Positions 49,372 to 61,000 of a DNA stretch of 64,000 nt are shown piece after piece. The notes under the pieces are model-generated. The model saw only the letters and a list, made by a program, of their open reading frames with translations, did no database searches and was not told the DNA's origin. How positions within the stretch are numbered: the stretch's first letter is position 1; every line of letters starts with the position of its first letter. Position numbers and translations under genes: made by a program. Origin of the DNA: Amoebophrya sp. A120 (lineage: Eukaryota; Protista; Dinoflagellata); the NCBI GenBank assembly GCA_905178155.1, contig CAJINV010000005.1, forward strand, positions 2,668,054 to 2,732,053, read 5' to 3'.

Positions 49372-51362
49372 ATGTTACCGCTCCACCTGGAGGACCGCGA
49401 GCCGCCGGACTTCGGCGGCAGCCGCAATCTCACCGAGTATTTGAAGATGGCACTCCGGTACGCCCAACTAGACATCGAGTACACGTTCGCGCAGATGTGG
49501 TACATCCTCGCGAACCCGCGGAAAGTCTACCAGTTGACGAGTTACAGGTACAGGTCGCAGTTATCAGTGGGTGTGTGTGTGTCTTGATGATGTCGCTTTT
49601 TTCCTTACTCAAGAAATCTTTTCCGTCATTCCGAAATAGGTGGTGTCGTGTTATTGTTTTTCACTGATAAAGGTAAATAAAAATAAGCTGCAGAGAGGTG
49701 CAACAAAAATCCATCCTGAAAAAAATTATCAGGAAGCAAACGAAAAACCACTGGAGCCGGGACGACCCAGCTTTTGTGGTTCTCACCGTGCTTTTTCTCT
49801 TCGTCGCAAGCGTCGCCTACGCGTTGGCGTTTCGCGCAAACCTGTTTCGCGTTTTGTTCTACACCATCGGGGTGCACTACGTGCTGCTTGGGCTCGCAAT
49901 CGCCTCGGCCTACACTTACGTCTGCAACAACCATTTGCGGGAAAGGGGCTACAGCCACCACGGCTCCATGGGGGGGCATTACGTAAGGCAGGTAAGGGAG
50001 GAGTCGGTTGTATTTTGAACATATCATCTACATCAATATGATTGGCGCCCTTGATCGAAATGTCTTTTCGTTACCATGAACAATGGCTGCGCCTGCGTAA
50101 GCGTAAGCGCATTCTTGAAATTCAAATTTCGTCATACCACAGAACTACGAGAGCCTGTTCTTATTTGTCTGTCTACATCACAGGAACTCGAATGGCAGTA
50201 CGCGTGGGACGTGCATTGCAACGGATTCATTCACGTCCTGTTGATGGTCTATGTGTTGCAATTTCTGCTCCTCCCGATACTCTACGACGACCAGGGAATA
50301 GGCAGTTTGCTAGACGAGGCCCAGGAGCTCGCCGCAACGGGAACAGCTTCTGCGGTAGCAGGCGGCGCTGCAGCTGCCGGGGTCTCTAATAGTCCCGACG
50401 CGGCAGCAGCCGCGTCTTCCCCCGATCTCGCCGCCGCCGGGATTGGAGCACCAGCAGCCGCATCTGGGGGGACCGGCGCCACGCTGCGTGTTCTGTCTGC
50501 AGCTTCGTCCTCGGCCGTGCAGGCTGCTGCTGGATCGGCGATGGTGGTCGCGCAGAACTATTTCAAAACAGGAGATGGCGGTGCTAGCAGAAGCAGCAGC
50601 AGCTCAGTGCAATCCTCATCTGCTCGCGAAGCACCTTTATCTTCCGGCGATAGAAGCACACTTCAGAGCGAGTCCGGCGCCGGGATTGAACCAGGCACGG
50701 ATTACCTCGTCGATTCTGAGGGCGGCATACCGAGAGAAGTTGGCGAATCTGCAGCGACGACGAAAGACGTAGCTGCTGCGTCCTCACGTGCAGGAGTCGG
50801 ATCCTTTGCTACAATAGCAGCAAGTATCCGCAATCGCATATACCCCGAGGAAAGAATATCAAGACCACGTCGGAGATTACAAGAAGGAGCGGCAAGTAGT
50901 GGCGGAACTGTGCTCGTGGATGCAAGAAGCGATGCAGCTGCGCATTTCGACCCTACTAAGATACGGTCACCGTCCCTGGTATTGATCTGTTAGGTTTCTG
51001 CTAAATGGTTGCATCCAAAAAATATTGAGTGCTGTTTAGCTGAATCGTACTATTAAAAGTGTTGTCATCTTCTCCATCGTGCTCAGAGATTCAATATTTG
51101 GAAGCAGGCAACTTGATCGATGCGTGAAGATCGAATTTTTCATTTTCATGATCAGACCTCCTGTTTCCTCTCGAACCTGCTCTTCGGCTGCTCGCTGCTG
51201 GCGTATTTCTACGTGACAAGCATGGGGTACGCGATGCTGCCCTTCCTCGAGAAGACCGAAGTGCTGCTGTATCCCTGCATCCTATTAGCGCTCCTCATCG
51301 TGCTCTGCGTCTTTCTGCGGATAAACCTCACCGTCTGGTTCGTGTGGATGATATGCGGCTGA
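49372..51362 (+). CDS. UNC50: UNC-50/Gmh1 family Golgi membrane protein, 4 exons
   Basis: QLDIEYTFAQMWYILANPRKVY..RKQTKNHWSRDDPAF, ELEWQYAWDVHCNGF and YFYVTSMGYAMLPFLEKTE. Confidence 0.93.
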
Positions 51363-52403
51363 ACAGCACAGCGGGACGAGGACGACGAGCTGTCCCCGAG
51401 AATAGAAGTTACTTAGACCAGGCATGCATCATGAAGCTGCTGCTGCTGCTGGGCAATGAAACAGCAATAAGGACAACGCAATCGCCGCAGCCGCTACTCC
51501 ATGCGAGGTCCTCGTGCTGTCTGCTCCGTAGCTGCCCTTGGTCACGGACGCTGATCAGACCGCTTGCGCTTGTCGATCGCCAGGCAAGGATAAGAGATGC
51601 GGTTCGAGAATCATGCTGGCGTTCGAGGAAACCAAAACGGGAAACCGCCGCGCGACCAGGCCGAGACTCCGCGCAGCGCATAAAGCAGAAATCGCAGTTC
51701 GGTCACTTCTTGCCACGACAATTTCCTGCTTCCGAGAAGATGGTGATCGATGGCGCAAGCGAGAGGCGGTTGCTCGGGTCGGTGCGCTTCTCAACTTACT
51801 TAGTTGTATCTGTCTATGTAGTAATTGACCGCAAAAGCGCCGCAGTGGTCACACACACGCTCGATGGGACTACAGGTACGGAGAGTGGTCAATTGTTTGC
51901 GGCTGAGTGCAGGACCATATCATAATCATGCACGCACGACAGCTGAATATACCTATTTCTTCAACTTGAACTTCTGCAGCGGCATGCGCTTCTTTCACGT
52001 TCACCCCTGGCTGTAGTACTGCAGCTGCTGTTCCTTAGAGTAAACGTAGGCTGTATTGAATCATGAGACCATTTTCCTTCATTTTCATCTTTTTCTCGAG
52101 CGACAACGTTAACGACGAGGAAGTAAAACCAATGGACGGGGGCAAGAAAAGAAGCTAAAGCCCGGTTTGCGTCGGCGCGTTTTTCGACGGTGAACAGTTC
52201 GCACAAATAAATGCTGAAGATCATTATGATCAAGAGCCCCCAGTGCGCTGATCTAGGGACGGCGATGAATCCTTTTAGCGGAGTAGAGTGAAGAGAAATA
52301 TTTCCAAGAAATAATACGAAGAGCTCAATCTCGTCGTCGTCCAGAAAATCCATTTCGTCACAGCCGAGACAGCGCGACAACTTCGACTTCCTCGCCAAAC
52401 GAC

Positions 52404-53894
52404 ATGGCCGGCGCTGCAGGAGTAGTTGCAACGACAACGAAAATCGGTTGGGTCGGGCTCGGCCGCATGGGGCACCCAATGGCCGCGCATGTCGGTCGGA
52501 AAATTGGATGGGACCGGCTGAAGGTGTTCGACCCGTCTGAAGCAGCAAGGAAGCTGTTTCACGAGAAGCAGAGCGCTGCTCGCATAGAAGGCGGAGCTCC
52601 TGGTGGTGAAACAAACAGTGAAGCAGGAGGTGCGAGTAGAGCGTGTAGTTCTAGTTATGCTCCTGCATCATCGCCGTCTTCGTCGGGTTCCTCTTTTCAG
52701 CAGCACTGCAAAACGGTCATTGCAGATTCGTTGAAGGAGTTGGACGACTGCAAGGTCGTGTTTCTCTCCGTCCCTACCTCGAAAGAGGTCGCCCAAGTCG
52801 CCGCCGCACTCTACGGGTTGGGAAATAAAGAAGGTGGAGCGAATGCTTCTGGTGCATTCGACGGGCAAAAAGTCCCATCACGATCAGCGGGACAGCAGGA
52901 GTTACAGTCTGAAGCAGCCGACATTAATACCACAGGCAGCCACAAGATTCAGACTCTTCCCCCGCCAGACGCAAATACCAGATTTCTGATCGACTGTTCC
53001 TCGGGGGATTTCGCGGCTACCTGCCAGCTCGGCGCGCTTCTGAAAACTTCCAGAAACGTTCAGCTGATTGATTGCGCGGTGTCCGGGGGGCCGCGGGGCG
53101 CGGAGGCCGGAGAGCTGGCGTCAATGATCGGGGCACCGCGGTTTTCCACTGAGGACGAAAATTCCATCGTGGACGAACTGATTTCGTCTTTTTCGCCCGA
53201 GGCCAAAAAGCACTACTTGAACTGCCTCGGCGCCGGGCACGCGGTCAAATCGGTCAACAACGCGATGAACGCGACCAAACTCGTCATGGCCATGGAGGGT
53301 TTGGTTGCGCTCCAGAAGATTGGCGTCCCGTACGAAACCGCGGTGACGAGCATCAACAAGTCGAGCGGCCGATCGCTGCAGTCGGAAGTGCGAATCCCGG
53401 AGGAAGTCCTGACAAAGCGCTACAACTACGGCTTCGCGGCGGAGCTGATGCACAAAGACTGCCGGCAAGCCCGGTATCTATTTGAGAAAGCGGGGATGAG
53501 AAGTTACGACGTGTCTTTTCCGGTTGTAAAAACACCAGCGACTACTAGCGGCGAACATGTTGTTGACTGTGAAAAAACGACAGCAGCTGCAGCTTCGGAG
53601 CACGAAGAAGATGTGAAAAGTGTCAAGTTGAGAAGAGAGTACGTTTTACCGCAGATCGAGAAAGTCTACGATTCAGCGGTGGAAAAAACGAACGGGGAGA
53701 TTTGCAAACAAGACTACACGAAGATCTGCGAATTTGTGGAAACGGAAGCTGCGGGCGAGAGGGATAAGTTTCAACAAAATCTTCAAAAGATGGCGAACAG
53801 TACTACCCGAGTTGCTCCTGCTGACAATACCGCTTGTGGTGTCAACAGAAACACTGACAGAATCGCGTCCTCCTCTGCTCAGGTGGCGTTGTGA
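52404..53894 (+). CDS. NAD(P)-dependent beta-hydroxyacid dehydrogenase (3-hydroxyisobutyrate dehydrogenase-like), intronless
   Basis: IGWVGLGRMGHPMA, IDCAVSGGPRGAEAGELASMIG, GAGHAVKSVNN and FAAELMHKD. Confidence 0.9.
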   Translation: MAGAAGVVATTTKIGWVGLGRMGHPMAAHVGRKIGWDRLKVFDPSEAARKLFHEKQSAARIEGGAPGGETNSEAGGASRACSSSYAPASSPSSSGSSFQQHCKTVIADSLKELDDCKVVFLSVPTSKEVAQVAAALYGLGNKEGGANASGAFDGQKVPSRSAGQQELQSEAADINTTGSHKIQTLPPPDANTRFLIDCSSGDFAATCQLGALLKTSRNVQLIDCAVSGGPRGAEAGELASMIGAPRFSTEDENSIVDELISSFSPEAKKHYLNCLGAGHAVKSVNNAMNATKLVMAMEGLVALQKIGVPYETAVTSINKSSGRSLQSEVRIPEEVLTKRYNYGFAAELMHKDCRQARYLFEKAGMRSYDVSFPVVKTPATTSGEHVVDCEKTTAAAASEHEEDVKSVKLRREYVLPQIEKVYDSAVEKTNGEICKQDYTKICEFVETEAAGERDKFQQNLQKMANSTTRVAPADNTACGVNRNTDRIASSSAQVAL

Positions 53895-55055
53895 TTAAAT
53901 GCAAGAGGCGAATTTGGACCTAAAAAGTGCCTAAAGACATCACGCAGCTGTTTGGACATGATATTAGAATCACTAGGATGTTAGCTTGTGCTCTGTAGAG
54001 CCTGTTCTGAAAGAACCGGCAACTGTTCATGTTCAACTTCAACAGACGATCCCGCATTACCATTGGAAGATCCAGCTGTGAAGAACGAATTGCAGGCAAA
54101 CGCGCGGCCAATAGAATTAGTTGAGATTGAGCAGGGTTCGGGCTCCTAGAATTGGTTCTCAAAGATCTTTGCTGTTTTACTACTGCTCAACGCGGTGGTT
54201 TATACTTGATTTTTGTCTTTGAAATTTTGCACCCGTAAGTACAATGGTGAGATCCTCCCGATCTTCGCACACAGTTTCAGGGTCCTCAACATCACGACCA
54301 GCCGCAAATTATCGAATCAAAATAACATCCGTTCTTTTTTTAAAATCTCTTGGGCTTGTGTCATGTGGCTGTATTTCTATTTGATCCTTGTTTCTATCCA
54401 AATTGGTAGCTCGTCGAAATCGATTCATTAGATTCTCCTCTACGTTTTCAAGTTCCACAGAAGTAGATTGATCCGAGATACAAAAATGAAGTTGAAAACC
54501 GAAAACGATATAACAGGCACGAGCGCGACGGTATTAGGTTCTGTAGTTCCAAGAACATGATCATGAAGATTTAGTGAGATCTTAGATGTGTCATCGTCAT
54601 GTATGAGCCCAAATAGTATCGTCCAACACCAACTAAACCGGGCCTGGAGTTGTACGACGTTGCCGTCGCTTGCAACAAGCACGACAGGTACGACGACGAG
54701 GACGACCACGACGACGCTCATACTACAAGAATTTGGTATCTTGACCGCTACTGACCATTCCAAATCTTCTATGCGACATTGCCTCATGTACATTCATGAA
54801 TGCAGCGACAGCCACGAGCACGCGAAAAGCTCCCATGCGCCGCCGTCTACCGGGGAACACGAAGAACAACCGCCGACACACGACACGACAGCTGCGTCCC
54901 GATTGTACTACATGCTCCCTCGTGCAGTACGAGAATTAGGGGAAATTGCACTTCTACCTTGGAACAATTCAGAACCACACCACTGTGACTTCATCACCTA
55001 CATTTTGCAGTAAACGACCACTTCTGCGACGAGGACCGTCTACCATCGCGTCACC

Positions 55056-58000
55056 ATGGCGTCCTCTTCTTCCTCCTCCTCCTCTACGTCCTACCAGGCC
55101 AACCGGTTTGCCAATCTGCACGGGCGGCTGGCAAAGGTGTTGGCCGACGGGGAACAGGTAGACGACGACTTGCTGAGCGATTTGAAGCAGGCGCGCAGCT
55201 ACTTCCTGAACGGGGTTCGGAACCAGAGGTCGCGGGAGTCCGCGCTGTCGCTCGAGAATTTGTACGAGCACGTGAAAAGCGCGAAAAGCCACGAACTACT
55301 CCACGCCCAAGTGCAGACCGGCGGGCAGGCGTTCGTGAAACGTATACATAGATTTATTTGTTGTAACTGCTTCTGCTTGAGGCTGAACCAGCCAGCGGCG
55401 CCCCTGTGCTTTACAACCTCTACCACATGGTATGGCGAGGATGAAAGATCGCGCCAACGATACTGTAGTTTTGATGTCCTGCAGCTGCAAGCGTGCTGAG
55501 CAAGAAGGAACAAATATAGGAAAACCGAAAGCGACCAACTTGTCTCTGGGTTCCGCAAGAGAGGCTTTATATTTCTATCTGTTTACCGCCTCTGGAATGG
55601 ATATGCATGAGCATACTGCATCAAAAGATCCGAAATTATCTCCTTCCACAGGTCTCGTGTCCCAGATTGACGAACTAAGTCAAAAGCTGCGGCTGCACCA
55701 GCACGAGTGTTGCTTTCTGGTGGAAGAGTACCTGCAGAACTACCACCAGGGTGGTGCTTCTTCTAGTGCAGGATCCAATGCCGCAGCAACGAAAGATTTG
55801 GTGAAGGACTGCCAGAACCTGTTTTACAATGAGCAGCAGCACGCCGCCTGTGTCTTGCTCGACCTGGCGCAGCAGCTCTCGAGCTACATGCGCGCCAGGA
55901 CCGCAGGGAACAGCTACAAGGGTGGTGCGAGCAGCTCCAGTTCGGGCAATATCAACAACTACCGCGACATATCCTCCGCGGTTTCTTCCCACGCTGGGGA
56001 TTTTCCCGTCTACGGAACAGCGCACCCTTCCGGGGCCAGCACCGCCCGAGGCGGCGGTGCGCACAGCACCACCATGGCGCAGCAGCAACACGAGCTTGCA
56101 ATGCAGCGGCAACAGGAGCTGTTTACCGAAGAGGTGAAGCTCGCGGCGACATTTTTCGACCATTTGGGTTCGCAGTTTGCGGCGAACCTGGTGGAGGGGC
56201 TGCGGTTGCAGCTGTTGTACCTGAGCGGGCAGGCGGAGGAAGTGGACCACGTCCGGAAAATCTTGCGCTTTTCCGTCGACACGCTGTTGCACTATTTTTC
56301 CTTCTACCAAGCAACCAGCGCGACATTGGATTTGTTCTTCTCGCTCGTGCCACAGGTATTAATATAATTGAGGATCTACTACTTCTTTTCAGCTTATTTC
56401 GCTGTGATTCTAGCCCACGACGCCTTGAGGTGTTTCCCGCACGCGTTCTTGCGCCTTTCATAGTCATACGCATGATTGTTCGCTGCATATCATGATGCAA
56501 GAACCGCACGATGAGTCACTCGTCTCGTCACTATGTCTGACAAAACATTGTACCAGGTCGTCATGCCCGCCGCCCTTGCGGAGCTCCTCCCAGCGGACGG
56601 AATACCGAATCGCTCCGTCACGCTCCAGGATTTCGACGTATACTTCCGGGAGGACACAGCCGACCTAACCTTCCGCATGGTGCTGCTCATCATTCTGGCC
56701 CTCCAGGACGAACACCACTTGAAGCGGCAAATCGGCACCGGGGCGGCAATCGCAAACAGCTTCGGCGAACTCGCCCCGACCTCACCAAGACCCATGGACA
56801 GTTCCGGTGGTGCAGCTTCGCAAGGCGTGCATCTCAGTGCCTCAGCCGGCGGAAGCAAGAAAGCTATACGTATAAATATGGAAGTTTTGATATAATTTGT
56901 GGTATCTTCGCTGTTTGTGTAGCTTGCTCCCTAAAAATGTGATGAAACAAGTGCAGAATCGGCCACGCAACACAATACAACATCCCCGCGGCCATGGACA
57001 ACCGCACTACTAGTTGTCCTTGTCTTGATCTTTTTTGCATTCCTCCTCAGGTCCTTCCGCCCTTCTCCAGGAGTACAGGGAAAAGTTCCTGAAATACCCC
57101 ACCACCACCACCTCCGCCGAGCACGAACACGGGCAAACGACCTTTTTCAACGAGCACATTGTGCTCGGGCAGTTTCTGGCGTTCGTCGTTCTTGGTGTGT
57201 ACTGCGAAGAGCAACGGGCGTATTTGTTAGGCGTCTCCCAGTGGCACGTCTTCGACTTCGTCACCGCGGAGGCGCTGGGCAGCTACCACTCCTTGAACTT
57301 CGGAATTGACGACGGTCGCAGTGCGGTCGAGGCCAGACCTCTCAGCTCCTCGGCCGCAAACGCAAACTCGCTCTTCGGAGCGGGCGCGAGGGGACAGGTA
57401 CTCGTTGGTCGTTACAAATCAAATTTACTACCCAAGAAGAACAAGAACACGCACGAAATGCACAAGCATGCGACTTGGACTTGTTGTACTGAATGAAAAT
57501 AGAATGGTGTCGTGATTGATTTGTCTCGCATGGTCGTTGCCAACATGATGAGAACGAAATCATACTAAACAGCTTCCCGGTTTCGACTCCATAACGGGCC
57601 GCCCCCTGTACGGAACAAAATACGACCGCGATCTGTCCGCCGCCACCGCGACCGCCCAGGGCGAGAGCCTGTACCGGTACGGGGCTGCACCGTTCAATAA
57701 CATGCTGAGTCAGCAGTACCCCATGACGTCCTCCAGCCTGAATTTCTCCACGACGATGGGCATCAAAAACCTGTCCAAGCACGGCTTCCCGGAAATCGTC
57801 CACTCGACGACGTGCGTAGCGGTTCTGAAGGACGTACTGATTCGCGCGCTCTCGCCGAAGCACTGGACTGTGATCAAAACCTACGAAGCGCAAACGCAAA
57901 GGAAGGAAAAGGAGCACTTGCAACGTACTAAACGGGTTGATGTGTTTTTTCTTTTGAGTTTTCCCTTGAAATCTGTTTCTATCTTCGTAGTTCTGTGTGT

Positions 58001-61000
58001 CTCTACTGCGCAGGTTGAAATTTGAATTTTTTGACTCCTAGTTTTCTACTTGTTGATCTGAACCGCTTGATGTGCTCTCCCTTCAACCACAGGCGCCGCA
58101 GCCACCTCCCAGTCGACCTCTTCCTCCAACAACGCACGGACTAACCGTCTGCGCGAGCGCCGGCTTGCCCTGCTAGAGGAGCACTGGATGCAGATCGCCG
58201 CCCTGCGCTGTGTCAACCGGCTCTGTCGCGTGGAGCCGAGTTACTGTGCGGAGTTCGCGTCTTTTGGGATCCAAGTCAGCGAGTCTTTCAACATGAACCC
58301 CATAACCACGTCGAATCCAGCAGCAAATAGCTTCGGTTCGTTTGGCGCCGGACAGCAGCCGCAAAACCTCTACTCGACTGGTCGCGGTGGTGGACTGCAG
58401 GGCGCAAACAGCCAGGCCCCCGCTGCAACGGTCTTGTATGCGGAAGTGCTGTTTTTGCTCGCGACTCTGATCTCCCGAGCACCCTACGCTACCACGATTC
58501 GGGTGATGCAGAGACTCAACGCGCATGCGAATCAATGGTATAAAAAATTTTGAGCAATGAATTACATACTTCTTTGCAACAGGAGAGCCAACGTGTTTGT
58601 TCTAGGTGAACGCGAGGCAGTTGATGTCATCGTGCAATAAACTACAGTACAAATTTCAGCAACTACACACGAAGCAAGTGTATTGCACTTCGTATGCTAC
58701 ATCCGGATGAAGGTCGAACGGTCAAGGATAGCATTTTCACCTCTGGGTCTGGTGTCCTCACGCAACAAGATTGCCAAATGTATCAAAAAACCAAATTCAG
58801 GTTCAATTTCGGGTATCTTTTCGAACTTCTTCCCCAGCATTTCGAGCACTACGTTCACATGAAAGCTCGGAATCCGGACCTGACTAGCGAAGAGTCCCTT
58901 ATCCTGAGTAAAAACGTACCCACACCAGAGTCAGGATGGGGATTTTGCAACACAAACCTAGGAGTTTTGTGAGTGACGCATGACAAGTTGCACTCTGCAG
59001 TGTAGTGCAGGTTAGCAAGTGCAGCCGCATCACGGATTCATCTGCTCATCCTGTTCACAGCATCACAAATTCCAAACCACGACTGGAAATGGCTCTCATG
59101 AGGATGCGCATTACAAGTCTTCCTGTCTTTGCGAATCCGCATTACAACTCTGGCGTGGGTACGTTTTTACTCAGGATATCCCTCGACAGCATGACGGCGC
59201 AAGAGACCCGGGCCAGGGTTCTCGCGATGACCGCTTTGGTGAAGCTTATCGGAGCGGCCTACGGCGACAAACTCGCGTGCGCGGCCGTCTTCGCGGAATC
59301 ACGGGGGACCACCACGGCGAGCAGCTTCGATTTGGGCGTTTCCGGGGATTCAAGTGCAAGCGTTGTATACGGGGAGCAACAGCAGCAGCAGCATCCTCTG
59401 CATTCCGCGCGGTTATCCACCGCAAGGGAACACCAGCATCAACATCAAACCGGGAATATGAACTCAAAATCCACATCTAATTTCTCTGGTGGAGCAGGCC
59501 ATCATCATCATCACAATCACCTTCGGGGAGGACACCTCGACTCCCAGCCGCACATCACCAACCCCTACTGCGACACGCTACGATACGGCGACATTCTGTT
59601 CCCGGGGAGCATCAACCACGCGAAACTGATCCCCTCGAACACCCACCTGATGCAGGACCACCGCCCGGCCTTGATGGAGTACTCCGTCCAGCAGACGTGG
59701 CGACACACGCTGGTGTTTCCGACGAAAAATTTACTTCCGGCCGCCGCGATGGGCGAGGAGCAGCTGAACGCGAACCAGGGGGCGATGGGCAACAACACGA
59801 CGCTGGTGCTGAACAACCCGGTGTTGCAAACCGTCTCGAGCATCCTCCCGGGCACGACGCCGTCGGTCTTGTCCTGGAACCAAAAGCTGCTGCTGGGCTA
59901 CCGGCTGTTACTCATGCTGAAATCGGAAATTCCGACCCTGCTGAAGGCGGCCTGTGTGGGCTCCCTGGCGAACATGTGCGACTCGGATTGGTTCGCCTCT
60001 GAATTTTTCAATTCCGTGGCGCTGTTGTTACCTCAGTTGTGCGAGGTCGAGGGCACGGCGTACAGTGCGGTCATGCAAACGGCGAGCAGAATCGTGCAGA
60101 AGGAGAACGGAGTTGCAGGAAGTACAGTAACATCATCGTTGAACGGCGGGACAACCGCGACAACATTGAACGACGGCGCACACGATCCGACGCAGATTTT
60201 GTCTTTGCTTGTGGATGCCACGGGGTCGGTTAACGCCGAGGGGCTGCACTTGATCACGGAAATTCTCAACTTCGCGCTGGTCTGTCTGTACGCCGTGCCG
60301 TTGAAACGAAGGTTCAAGAACCTGCAGGTTTTGAAACTGACCCGGTTCGTCGTGGAGAAAGTGTACTTATCCATCTGCTGCTTGTCCCCGAAGCACTTCG
60401 TCGACGAAAAGCGGTACTGGAGAATCTGTCTACTGTGCTCGAAGATCCTGCGCGTCGTGATGCGGGGTCCGCTGGTGAACAAGGAAACTTCGCAAGTCGA
60501 CGCCTTGGCAGTTGTGGGCCAGAGCGAAGTGTTTGACGAGGACGTTTACAACGAATTCACGAGTGGCGGGCGAGCCGGAGAGAGCCTTTATTCGGGTGGT
60601 GGTGGTCCTACTTCGGGGATTTATTACGGTGGAATGGCAAACAGCATGAACAACAGCACCTACCCAGGAGCAACTGGTGGTCGTGTTGCTACTAGTGGCG
60701 GAACTATGGCCGCGGACAACAACTACAACCCGTACACATCGACAACACCAAACTCGACAACATCCAGGATCCCCGGCGCCCCGCCAACCGAGGAGCTTTC
60801 CCTGCCTACCTCCTGGCTGTTTCGGTGTTTTCTCGTGCGGCCGAGCGGCATCTGCATCCGCGTGTTGATGCAGATGATCAGTTTGCACGGCCGGCTGCTG
60901 GATGAGAAAAAGGGGATTCTGTACCACCGCGACCTGGAAAAACATCGGACGAACGTGGTGGCGACCAGCTTGGATTTGTTGCGAATTCTCTTCCAAAGAG

